Of a stretch of 64,000 bases of DNA, positions 1 through 13,100 are shown piece by piece. Each line of letters begins with the position of its first letter. Within the stretch, counting starts at the first letter, position 1. The position numbers and the translations under genes were made by a program. The stretch comes from Orbicella franksi (taxonomy: Eukaryota). Where the stretch lies: NCBI GenBank assembly GCA_964199315.1, contig OZ116711.1, forward strand, positions 1,116,001 through 1,180,000. The letters run 5' to 3'. The notes under the pieces are model-generated. The model was not told where the DNA came from. It was given only the letters and a program-made list of their open reading frames with translations, and made no database searches.

Positions 1-112
1 AAAATTAAGTGCAAAAGACATTTCCAAGTCCGGGGAAAAGCTCAGGCATACCATTAGTTTGTTTCTTTGGCTAGCTCCAAAAATACCTATTTTATAATTT
101 CTCCGAATCTAG

Positions 113-3100
113 TTTTGGGAAATGATCTCGGATGAACATGGCATAACACCAGATGGATACTACACGGGAAAATCTCCAAATCAACAGGACAGACTCAACG
201 TTTACTTTAACGAAACAGCGGGTGAGTTGTACTTGATATAACATTGCATGACTGCGTGTTGTTGACCGATTTCAAGTTTACATCCTTCCATACATGTCCA
301 TGATCAAAGATTAAAAGATATTTTGATGACATTTCAAAGGCTGAGTAACTGTTATATCACATGTTATCTACCGCACTGATTGGCTATTTTGAGCGGAGGT
401 TGTCCATCAATACTTACTAAAAGTTCGCGAAAGTTTTATACAAAGCTTAAATTTTTAACAGCTGTCAAAAATCTACGCTCGTACTTTAGTTGGCTATTTG
501 CTGAGTTAGTATATAAAACAATCTCAGTGTCGTTAAATAGACAACATTGTGCGATATTGTGTCATATATCAACCTTTGTTTTTACCTTTACATTTAACGT
601 GAGTTTTTAATACTAGCGTGGAAAGATAAATACAACGCCAATCATCGAACGCATGTTAAAAGAACTCTTTTATATAAAAAAGTCATTTTCTTGTAGATGG
701 CAGGTACATCCCAAGGGCAGCATGCCTGGACCTGGAGCCAGGCTCGATAGACTCGCTCCGTTCCTCAAAGTACGGAGGACTGTTCAGCCCTGACAACTGC
801 ATATGTGGTGAGTTAAACAGGGAGTAAAGGGACTACTTATTGGAACAAGGACTAAAGGTGGGGGAAGTGCCTGGATTGGGTAAGACGGGAAGTAGGATTC
901 CCAAGGTGCCGGGAACTGCAAGAAATTGAGGCGGGGGGGGGGGGGGGAGGGCGAAGTTGGCACCGATTGCGTAACATTTTACACTAGAAACAATGTTGCG
1001 TGCGTTGTTGAGGCATCCCTTATTTTAATCATTCTTAGTAGCCAAACAATAATGGCTTCCGTTTCAAGAACTGGAGTATCTTATACTTTTCCACGTGTTT
1101 GTATTTTCCACACTTCCTTAGAGCTCATCAAAATAGTGCTGGGCAAATTATACAAGTAACCATCAGATTGGGAGTTTGCCAATAGTCCTAAAAACTAATG
1201 GTTTGATTGCATGCATTGCTCATTTTTAACTGAAACAAACTTTGTCATCCCGGATGTAGGTCAGAGCAGCGCAGCCAACAACTGGGCCAAGGGATTTTAC
1301 ACAGAAGGTTCCGAACTTTTGGAATCTGGAATGGACTGCATTCGAAAACTAGCGGAATTCTGCGATTGTGTCCAGGGTTTTCAAGTAGCTCATTCACTGG
1401 GAGGGGGAACTGGCTCTGGTCTCGGTTCACTTTTAATGTCAAAAATTCGCGAAGAATACCCGGATAGACTGCTAAGCAGTTTCTGCGTGCTGCCGTCACC
1501 ACGAGTGTCAGAGACAGTGACTGAGCCTTATAACGCAACACTAAGCTTTCATCATCTTGTGGACATTGCAGATGCTGCTATTTGTATCGATAATGAGGCT
1601 TTGTATCATATCTGTTCGAACATTTTAAAACTGAAGACGCCAACATATAGCGAATTGAACAAATTAGTAGCCACTACCATGGCAGGAGTTACCACGTCGC
1701 TTCGCTATCCTGGCCAGGTAAGTTTCCTATCAAAATTCTTCATAAGCTTTAGCAAAGCCCTTCTGTCCCAGTGTCATATAGCAAAAAAAGTTTGTCTCAA
1801 AAGATGCGTTTTCGCGAAAGCACTTTAATTCACAGACTTTGACCTTCTCCCTCAAATAAAGACGGATTTATTATAGTTAAAAGATAATACATTTCCATAC
1901 TTTCCATTCTGGAGTTTCTTTTTAGAAAGCTACGAACTACTACAAGAGCAAAAGTAAATATTAGGTAGCAATTAACTGGGCCGTAGCCAGAAAACAATTA
2001 TGACTGAGACAATGTCCATGGTTAAATTCTCTTCTTATAGGTAGTTAGCAGTTTTATTACTTTCCCCTTCAAAAAAGAAACTTCAGAAACGAAAAACTGA
2101 CTGAGGCAAATGCGTCGGTTTGCCTCACACTGGCTATGGCCCTGATTAAAGACAATGTCTAAACCGGCCCTACAAGCTAGCTTATTGATTCCAACTTGGG
2201 ATTACATTACATTTTATAAGTACCACCAAATAAACATAAAATAAACGTCAATAGACTTACCGACAATTTGATCTCCACAGCTAAACGCAGACCTCAGAAA
2301 ACTCTCAGTAAACATGGTCCCATTTCCTCGCCTTCATTTCTTTATACCGTCTCACGCGCCTCTTATCAGCCAGCAATCACAAGGCTATAGGTCATATGGC
2401 ATTTCGGAGCTCACCAGCAGCATGTTTGGACCTCAAAACATGATGGTAGCCTGTGACCCACGTCAGGGGAGGTATCTCACTGCTGCAGCTATGTTCAGAG
2501 GTCAGCTCGCCATGAGAGAGGTGGAGGAAACTATCTCCGAAATGCAAAATGCGCACTCGTCTTCTTTTGTGGAGTGGATTCCGAATAACATGAAAACAGC
2601 CGTGTGTAATGTGCCACCGAAAGGACAAAAAACATCCGCTACCTTTCTATACAACAGCACCGCTATACAAGAGGCGTTCAAAAGATTCACAGACCAGTTT
2701 TCGGCCATGTTCAGAAGACGAGCTTTTCTCCATTGGTATACGACTGAAGGCATGGATGTTATGGAGTTTACTGAGGTATTGTTTAATAATAACTTCTTTA
2801 GCTGGACTTGTTTCTTCCCTCGGTTTTGCGAAAATCGCTTTTCAGCAGAATTTTAGTTATTCAGTTTTTCGATGAATAAATGAAGAAAACGTATGTTTTT
2901 GTCGTAGCACGTTGTCATTTCTTAATCGAACGGGAAAATTCGCAAAAATGATTTCCATAATTTAGATCCACATTGACAAATGAAAGGGAAACCAGTCGCA
3001 TTGATTTTCTACTTCGCAAAGCGTCGAATCGTGGCCGGAACATCGAATGGGTTTCTTCGCTAACTCCCTGTCGAGTTTTGCAGTTGCAGAGTTAATTCGA

Positions 3101-4047
3101 TGAAGAATTGAAAGTGCTTCGGTATTATTGACCAAAAAATTCATTTCGGATTCAGCCCGCTTGTGAAATAAAAAAATGTCTGTGATGACCATTTCTACAC
3201 CGATCAATAGAAAACTGAAAAAAGCTACGCTTGACACTTCTCGCTTTCAATACGGTGAACGATCATGAAAGTGCTCAAACTTAAAATCTTTCATGGCGTG
3301 AGACGAAAATGTGTTAAATAACACAGTTCCTTTGTGGTTTTGTTTGTTAAATTTAATTGAGTTTTAAGGAGGAACTACAAAATAAATGACAAACTGACCT
3401 TTCTCCATTCATGTCTTCGAGACGAACTGGTAAATGCTCCAATTTTCTTGCCTTTTTTATCAGAGTCCTTCAGTTTGTCTCCAATATTCAAGCGTCAAAA
3501 CAGGTGTACTCCCAGTTAGAGTAACATTCATTTGAAACAGACCGTAATACTTGAGGAAAAACGAAGCAGAAGGTCCAAAAGAGTGAGATGTTTGTACGAA
3601 CAAAAGTAGGCAAAGACAGTTTTCAGAAGTTGTTACGCAACGCTACGCAACAAATACGATTTTCCCGCCTTTCCGCGCGCTGCGCACTGATGTGCTCATG
3701 ACAAAACAGGCTCTCCTATTGGTTATCTCGGAAGTTCAATAAGACCTTCTCTCTGATTGGCTTAATATAAAATTCCCGGATGGCCACCGGAAGGGCGTGC
3801 ACCTAGTGAAATTTTTCCATGGTTTCTTTACCCTCAAAACTATTTACAAACAGCAAAATTTTTAAAAGTGATTTCACGGTGAAAATAATAAACTTCAAAT
3901 CTTATTTTTCAGGCGGACTCCAACATGAATGACCTCATTGCCGAGTATCAGCAATACGAGGAAGCAGGATTGCATGACGTCATCTACGATGAAGGCGAAT
4001 ACGAAGAGCTTGTAGATTTCTCCAGTGACGGGTCAAATAACGTGTAA
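113..4047 (+). CDS. TUBB: Beta-tubulin, divergent isotype; 5'-partial (exon 1 upstream of the window)
   Basis: Exons 113-221, 697-807, 1260-1717, 2281-2775 and 3913-4047 are all GT-AG, phase-consistent and total 436 codons including TAA. The translation contains [35 protein letters not shown]|[36 protein letters not shown] and EYQQY. Confidence 0.96.
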
Positions 4048-4989
4048 AAGAAAGAAGTTATCAGCGTGTTACCTAGTTCAACTTATTATCTCCCAATTAA
4101 ACTATCATCTAAATGAAATTAAGGGATATCTATGCCTCACCGTTGAGTTCTAAATATAAATATGAATGCAACCGAATTATTATTGAATTCTTAATAGTGA
4201 GCTCGAAATTGAATTTAAAAATAACTGCATGCTCCGATCAAGGTAACTAGATGTTTTCGTTATGAGCAATTTTTGTGATGCTTTTAATTTTGCCTCTAAG
4301 AAGTCCGGGACTTGATTTAGTTTTAATCCAAACCACTTCTTGCAATATTTTTACGATTGAGCTATTACTGGAAGTAAAAATGAGAGAAAAACAATGGAAC
4401 ATTTTTTCCAGAAACTATTAGAATTTACTGATAAAGGGGAAATGTACGAGAGATTGCTAAAAGAAACGTATTGTGGTGGAGCCTAAAAATATTCTACAAT
4501 TAGCTGATGTTATAGTGATATAACTTTATTTTATTTTGTATTTATCGGTGATTTTTTAATTTGTATTTGTTTGGCTAAAAATTATGAGCTGCCCATAAAT
4601 GTAAATATTGCAAGTGAATTGCATTTTTTGCGAAACAATCCGCAAATTCAAGTAAATTATGTAATTGCAAAAAATTCTATTATTCGAATCCGTCTATTGA
4701 TGTTGTTTTTCGCAAAGGAGTTAGTAAGCAATGAATGAAATTTTGAATTAATCCTTTAATTAAATTGTAGCAAATTAAGTAGAATACTCTTTTATAGTGT
4801 ATTAACATAGAAAGAATCCATGTTGATAGAAGATGTTTATTCAGAGCAGGACTATCTTTCATTCGACGAGTTGTAATAGAAATCCGCAAACCTGATTGGT
4901 TCTCCCATTGTTATCTATTTAACAATTATATATGTCGAATTATTCTCGCATTTTGATTGGTTATTATCATTATTTTTTGTTTCTTTATT

Positions 4990-5185
4990 ATATAAAACAG
5001 ATCGATAAAATATTGCCGTGCGTCTGCTCAGTAACAAATCACCGAAGACGTCAAAATGAGGTAAGAACACCAGTGACACTCGGCAATCGCCTAATGTGCC
5101 ACTTTTTTGTTCTTCCACAATTTGACGTCATCTGTCATCAGCTACTGAACAGATGCCCGGCAACATGGAATCTATTTCTTAAATA
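4990..5185. mobile_element. Palindromic (hairpin) MITE-like repeat
   Basis: Long imperfect inverted arms: ttgccgtgcgtctgctcagta...gacgtcaaaatgaggtaagaaca versus tgttcttccacaatttgacgtc...tactgaacagatgcccggcaa. Non-coding. Confidence 0.7.
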
Positions 5186-7153
5186 CAACATGATTGCGCG
5201 TACGCAGTCCTCGAGGGGGAAAATTTGTCTTATTTTGAAATACACAAAATTATAAGTTTTGGAAAGGAACCTTTTAGACTCCACTAAAACAATTAGACTC
5301 CTCGCCCTCGGTTTCTAGGAGCGATAGTCAACTCGGCTGCGCCTCATTTTAACTAATCGCTCACAGAAAACTCGGGTTCGAGGTCCAGTTAAGTGACACA
5401 TACAAGCTAACAAAGAACCATCACATATGTTGGCCTCAAGAATATAAGTATTCAGGTCAGCTAAGGAATCTCGCCGCAAAGAAATCCCATACCTTTTACA
5501 AAATATTCAGTAATTATTATTTTCATGAGGATTAAGCTGATAGAGTAATATTTAACAAAAATAATGCAAAATAAAAATATGGATGAAATAAATGTTTATC
5601 GGGTATTTTCTTTCCAGAAAACAATATTCAACTTAGAAATTACTTTAAAAGTTGTGATTGGCAATTTGTTACATGGTTTATACTGTTTGTAACCCCATAC
5701 TTCTTATTACCGTCTGAAAATTGTTTCAGTTGCAAGCTAATTCAAGTCCAATACCGAGAATACGAAAATTGTCTATTATACACACGTGTGACACAGGAGT
5801 ATCCATGCAAGGTAACCATGGTGAATGACGTTCAATGAGGGGAAAAAATTGTAACTCGCAGCCATGACAGCATGTTCTTGCTGCTTCAGTAAGAGACCTT
5901 AATGTTCATAAGTGCCAAAGAACCCAGAAATGTAAAGCCCGATATAATGACAAGTTGACAATAAAGAGGGAGTGTATATTATTTTAAAAAATACCTTTTA
6001 TTCTGATACCGTACGCAAGGTACAACATAATACACTGTTTTTTTAAAACACAATTTGAACCCTTCTATTTTACAGAGGTCCAATTTTAAATATTTCAATA
6101 ATTACAATTCCATTCATTGTGTGTAGCCATTTAATCAATTTGAAGACTTTTAAACACAAGTCAGGCCCTTAACATAAATATTTCTATGACTGAATCTAAT
6201 TCCAGTCTTGTGTATTTTATTACATACCCCTATGCACTTGACTACAAACCCTATGACAAAGAAAAATTTTCTAAAAGTGTCTCTTGATATATTTCTACCA
6301 ATTTTAATATGAATGAATTCCCTTACCTAATAAGGACAAATTTAACGTCCAGTGCACTGTTGGGTTAAATTAACACGCAGGAATAATTAAGAACAGAAAA
6401 TACAAAGAGAGGCACATGGCACAGCTGATAACTTGTCACACTTCTCAAGTGTTCTTAAAAGCAGGAAAGTGCCTTAAATTGAACTCAACAATGCACAAGG
6501 TGACTATTTTGACTACATTCCTTATGCAAATGTCCAAGAAACTGCTTGATCTCAAACTCGTAAGGTGGGCCACGTTCATTATAACTTCAGTTGATAAAAC
6601 ATGCACGTGAGGGACATTACATCCTTTACAGCACTATAATGAACTCAAACTGACCAATCATGTGTACAACTCATTGGACATTTTATAACAGTAAATAAAT
6701 AATGCTACAAAAGAACAAAATGCAATTCACAGAATGATTTTAGTGAAGTAACAATTCAATGTATCAATTGTAAGTTGGTTTCGATCTATTAAACAGCTAC
6801 CAGTCAAGAGTGACCGGCACTCAGCAAGAAATGATAAAAAAGAGAGGACATAATCAGAAAATAAATTTCTTTAAAATTTATTTATGCACCCAAGCAATAG
6901 TAGACAAAAACATGGAATATATTCTTCTTGTACTCATACAATGTATAACACCATTTAGAATCTTACATAAAACTAAAATCTTGTAGAAACAATAGGACAT
7001 TAGAACATTTTTCTCAAAGCGAGTCTTAATGCCTATCCTTTCATATGAAAATGAGATTTCATTGACTTGCAAATTAAACTCTTTTTCATATGAATGATTG
7101 TGAACCAGGCCTCGCTTTGATAGAGAAGCTTAAGGCAAATTGGAAGTGGGTTA

Positions 7154-10100
7154 TTATGCTGCGATAAAGAACTGAGACATAAAATTGAGAACTCCCAATA
7201 CAACAATGGAAGAATGCATTACAGCACTCAGCCCAGACAGCTTGCCTTTTCGTTTCTGAATTATCATGTACACAATGCATGGAAGCGAGTAGTTGTATGC
7301 CAGTCCACTCAATGATCCCACATACCTGAGGATGACACAACAAAAGGGTTTTAAAAATACTGCTGTGTGAAATTGAGATGTACTCTATTTCTCCTCAAAA
7401 TATCAAAGACAAGCAGGCAAGTGATGGGAATTACAAATGTTGCAAGATAAAACTGAAATTAGCTGTAAAATAGGATTACAGTTCCACCTTAAATATAGAA
7501 AGTTTGAAACTCAACATGTAATTAATATTAAATTTCCAAATAACTTGCAAACTATGTATTTATCCGCTACCATTAGTCTACCTTATAATGTTGCCAACAT
7601 GTGGATAAAAAACTGCACAAAGAACACAGGCCATTATAAGTACTAAGTTCAGGATGAAAACATGAAGAAAGCTGTGAATGGAAAAAGAAAAACATGCTCT
7701 GTGAGAAAAAGAAAAGAAAGTACAGTTGAAGCTTTTCTTGTGACCACTGTCGTAATCTACATGCTCCCCATCCTCACGCAACCCCGTTTTCTATTGCAGG
7801 TGAATTTCTAACTAAATTTTCAAGTGAGCAAAAACCCTTGTAATAGCCTGCAATTTCCATTTGGGAACTTTTGGTTACCCTTCACAATATTACTATTTAG
7901 CTTTCATGTGAAAGGCTGTGAAATGTAAAAAATACCCCTAATTTCAAAGCAGTGACATACAACAGGCCACAGGATGACCACCTATGATGATGGAAGACCT
8001 GTGACCTTTTTGCACTCAACCACTCTTTGATATCATAAAGTGTAGGTTAGGACTGTGCTCAAGGCTAGTAGCCTATCAGGCTGGAGCTTGACTAGGAGCC
8101 TGGGGTGACTAGGAGTATTTCTATCCCCTCTGAATTGAATGCTTCACAAGGTTACCCCCAAAGAAAAAAAGCTCAGTAAAAAACAAGAACAAGAAGAACA
8201 AGACACGATAACCCCAGCCCATGCTTGAGCCCAAACCGCATGATCTGGAGTCCAGCATGCTGACAATTGGGCCTCTGTGTCTCCAACTAAAGTATACGGC
8301 AGCAATAAGGAGAATAAACTCAGTTCTAAAGTCCCCCAGTGCAACTAAAAGAAAACTTCCAACTACTCACCTGGGATAAATTTTGTCAAAGAAATATAAC
8401 ATGAACTGTACACGTGTAATATACAGTATCAGAGGGAAGACGGTAGTTAGTTGAAACAAAAGAAAGAGCCTTGCTACAAATGCCATCACATCTGGTGCAG
8501 GGATATTGTCCAGAAGAACCTAGACAAACAGAAATAAAACAATCTTTCAGTGGCTGGTAATGCAATTCATAACTAATAACACAAACTTTAATAATGTACA
8601 ACTTAGATTTGCAGTTTCCAAGTTCAGCTATTTCTTCATAAAATTCATCTCTAACAGCTAACATGTTGTCTATGCTGTGGTCTAAATTTGCCTTGCTTTA
8701 AAATTTCTGAGCCAAGTTTGAGTTTTAGTTTCCTCTCTAAACTGTAGATTCTATTTGATTTAAACCAGACTGGTTTGAAAACTTTCAACAATGAAATTTT
8801 GCGTATTTTTAATCTTGAGCTCAGTGATGGGTTGTCATAGTCGTCCTCAGCTCATGTGCGAGCATCAGTTTCTTCTAACAGTACGGTCTCCTCTTCTTTG
8901 ATGACCTCGGAGGTGGCTTAGCAGGCCAATCCTCGCTTAGAATTTGCGTGGGCAGTGAGGACATGGGAGGATGGGCAGTGGATGAGAGGCTGCATGGCGG
9001 CGTTTTACAGTACACAGTACACCAATCACTACTGTCTGTATTTCACAACAAGCAGTGGTAGTGATGGTTGTGTGTATTTGTTAGTTTTAGTTTTTGACAG
9101 CCTGTTGTGAAGTTTAGTTCTTTTTTGGGAGGAATACCCATTTATACATCTGGGTGGAACAAATTTGCATTTGGAAATGGAATAACAACTTGTTTAAATT
9201 TAAGCATATGGTATGAAAACAACTGTATGAAAACAAGTATTAGTGTACCTGCTGAATACAAGATTTTTCTCTTGGAAAAGTAATGAAAAACAGCACACCA
9301 ACAAGTGTATATGTTAAAGCTACCAAGCAGAATGCTATACTGAGGTCTCGTACCTGAAAAATGGGAAATCATTGTCAACATTATTTGATGAAAAAATGGT
9401 CAGCACAGAATTCCAGTTTCCATCTCTGCTAACCATAGGTATATGGGCACCTACAGACTTGGGGGGAGAGGGGGGGACAGCAGTGGGCATGTGATCTTTT
9501 TGTCTCCCAAAAAATTGCACGATACCCAAAGGTGTCAGTGTTGAAATTGGGATACTAATTAGTGCCCTAAAATTGCATGAAGAACAATGACATTCACAAT
9601 TCTCACATCTAAAAAACAGTTATAATTTTGAAACTTGGCATACTCTATGACTTCTGTAGACATCGCACCCAATCTAGTCAAATCAGAAACCATGATCTGG
9701 CACGAATGTTAGCCATGAGCTACAGCAGATGCCAGTAACTGATGTGGAATAATGAGCATTTTGCCTGAAAAATTTCAAAATTGCCAAAATTGGGGGGGCT
9801 GCAGACCCCCTGGTGCACAGGGCAGAATGCTGCTAACTTCAGTTACAAATGAACATGCCTTGCAGGACTACTCACATTATTTTCAGGGTGTTCCTGGCTG
9901 CGCATTATTGAAAGGATGCAGTTGTGAATAAAGTAAGCCAAAGTTAGAATTCCAGTCAGGGCTGGGAAACCATCCTTGAACACTAGAATAATATGGAAAA
10001 TTGAAAAAGATGAGTTAAAAATCTCCCAGTCAACTGAAAAAAAAATCATACGTTCACTATATCTTACTGGGTATGTTTCCATGACTAAAATCCATGTGAA

Positions 10101-13100
10101 CTCCCCATATGCTGGCTTTAGTGATGATGAAGACAATTATGTACATGACTGATAAAGTACCTGTGTGCAAAGAAATTACAAAAATATTAATAATTAAAAT
10201 TTTCTAGGAGACTTAAAAACTGACTAAAATGTTTACTCTCATTACTACATACCAACTAAATGCCATAATAACAACAATAACAATAGCATTTATTACTTAT
10301 ATTCGACTTTTCCTAAAAAAAATTAGTCAAACGAGCGTTACAATTTATTAGATAAATTCTTACAAATTACAAATTGAGAATAATAGTTATTTCAATTTAA
10401 GTCAGTTCTGACAATTTGGAGGAATATCAAAACAGTATCTCCTAGCCAGCCTGGGTTTTTTTTTTCTATTGTCTTAACTTAATATTTAATTTAATAATAA
10501 ATGGCTGATGACATACTGTACCTTTTAACATATTTGTAATGTAAATTTAAGGAGAAACGAGGTGTTGATCTTTCAAAGCCCAGAAACATGGACTTGAGTC
10601 AGAGTGGATTACATTATTTTTCAGAAAATTTGACTAGCTTTATTGAGGTGGCAAATAGTCCCTCGAAAAATATTTCCTGCCTTTTAAGTTTTAGTCAAAT
10701 ATCACAGGTCTTAGCATCATCTAGAATTTTTCACAATGCCTTCTCAGAGTCCTGGTTACTTCTGCAAGGCTAAGACAGTATTGGACCCATAGAAAAGGTA
10801 TAGGTGTTGCCATCTCAAAGTATTGAATTTACCATTTGTCATCCCTAGATGACCAAATATTTAGCTCACCTAAAGAGTTGAATTTTGTGAAGAATGTTGG
10901 TGACTTGACACTACTCAGTGGAAAGAGGATAACAATTAAAAAGAATGGTACAGTGTATTGGAGTTTCCAGAACTTGAAGAAGCTTGATGTGTCAGCTCTT
11001 ACTAAGCTATCTTCCGTACTTGACGATGATTTATCACCATTGGGGCAAAGCGCTGAAAAGAAAAAAGAATTCAAGTAGACCACCTTGTTAGCTCATAACT
11101 GCCAAGTATCACTGATACCTAAGTTATGCTGACTGAAAAATTTTAATCTCACCCCAACCCAGGACTACAGTCCATCTATTGCCTAGCCTTAACCAAGGCA
11201 CTTTTGAAAAACATGTTTAACTAGAACTGATGCAACAAAAAGAACGTCTCGGCATGTAAATGTACTTCGTCTGAATTCTTAATTTCAAAAAGATTTTAAG
11301 TGTATGCCTCCATGTTGTAATATCAGGTTTGTTCGCATCCTGTAAATTACTTATCATAACAATTCAATATTATATAGCCCTAAAAAAACATGCACTGAAT
11401 GAGTGACTGAATAGAAGGATAGACCAGTCAACAGAGATATACAGTGAAATCCTTCCTTACAGGCAGTGCCCCATTAATGTGGCCACCTCGTTAATATGGC
11501 CATATTTTTGTGGCCCATTGGTGACTGGATTTAAGGAGTTCCACTGTTCTGTCTCCAAATCTCTTCTCTTAAACCTAGATATAAATGCACAGCATATTCC
11601 ACAGATCAAAGGGGCTCAATCAAACATTGAATTAAGAAGCATCCAAGTCTGTTGGGTGCACTTTGAGTACAATTATAAAATAATTACCTCCCAAATGGTG
11701 TGTGGCATTTGAAGAATTCAGTGACATGGGAACTGAATAGGCATGATGTATGCTCTCTGAAAACAAGCAAATACCAATTTTTTGAATAAATTAAATACTT
11801 GTGCATAAAGTCACTATGTAATAAATATCTCCGTCTGAGTTGCAACTTTGTACTTGGCTCTGTGATCACTATCTCGGATCATTGATTACTGACAGTAATT
11901 CACTGCTTAGAGGACCAGGTTCAGAATTATGATTGACACAAATTGTCTTATATGGTGTTTAGAAAGAAATGACTTCACATCAATGTCATGCTCTGTAGTT
12001 TTCATTTTGAGTGGTGACAAAAATTAATTAAAAGCATTTTTTTCTGCGCAGACAAATGATTCTGGGAGAAAAGTGTAGTAAGTAAATACACATAATTTTT
12101 TTATGATAATACTTTCAGTTGTTGTCTACAACATGTCATTAGCAAATACATGTATGAAAAAAGTTTCAGTTGTTTAGGCAACCTGAAGGGAAAATGACCA
12201 GATTTATGTAATGCTATGTAACTGTGGAAAAGATGATCAAGAATCTGTTTCTGGTCATTTCATGGCACTAATTAAATTCCATTTAATTTACATTGTATGC
12301 TGAACAAGGTCAGTAGCTTCAGGAAAATATTACGTACCTTCAATGTATTTTCCAGAATTGAAGAGGAAATTGCTCATAAGAACCCAAAAGACAATGGCAG
12401 ATCCCGCAATAGCAGCCAATGAAAACAACACTGCGATGAGCTCTCCAGGCTTACCAAGGTACTTTTTACAGATGTCAGAAAATTCTAAAAGCTCACCACG
12501 CTTTGCTGGAGAAAGAGAGAATTAAACTTGTCAACAAATACTTATGTACTGGAATTCTCTCCCATTATTATTGAATTTTAATGAAATACCAATGAATTGG
12601 CCTAGCCACAAAAATGTAGCTTCTGAGAGTAACAATTAAAACCATATTTTATTAACTGGGATGGCTTTCTTGTCCTGTCTACATTACTGTACCTGCATGT
12701 ATTTAATTAAATTAACACTTCTTTTAAGGCAAATAAACAATGTTGATGATATTAATGATGACGAAAGGAAGACGATGACAAATCTTGTGATGGTGATGAT
12801 AACGTATAATGCACTAATTTTAATACTATAATACATGAATATGAATAGTTTGAAAGCTTCAGTATGCTACTCTTAAAGACCTTCAACTTCCCTGTATTGT
12901 ATATGTATTGGTAGTCATGGTGTTTTTCCCACAAGATTGCAAAGTGTTATGTAACATTGAAAAAATCTTTCTGTTTTTTCCTGATTTCCATCATCCCAAG
13001 GGGTAGTCCCATTTCCTTTCCTCTTTTCTTTCACCTTCCAAAGAGTTCTTATCCCCACTGCTCCTAAGTTCCCTCCCCCTTTCACAATCCAGCTCCCACT

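Noticed and set aside
931-948. Poly-G tract (and poly-C at ~17484-17501) as a G-quadruplex element
   Set aside because: Homopolymer runs are common in such genomes and error-prone in assemblies; there is no supporting context.
9013-9075. Hairpin (accaatcactactg...cagtggtagtgatggt) as a pre-miRNA
   Set aside because: The stem is only about 13-15 bp with bulges, which is insufficient without small-RNA data.
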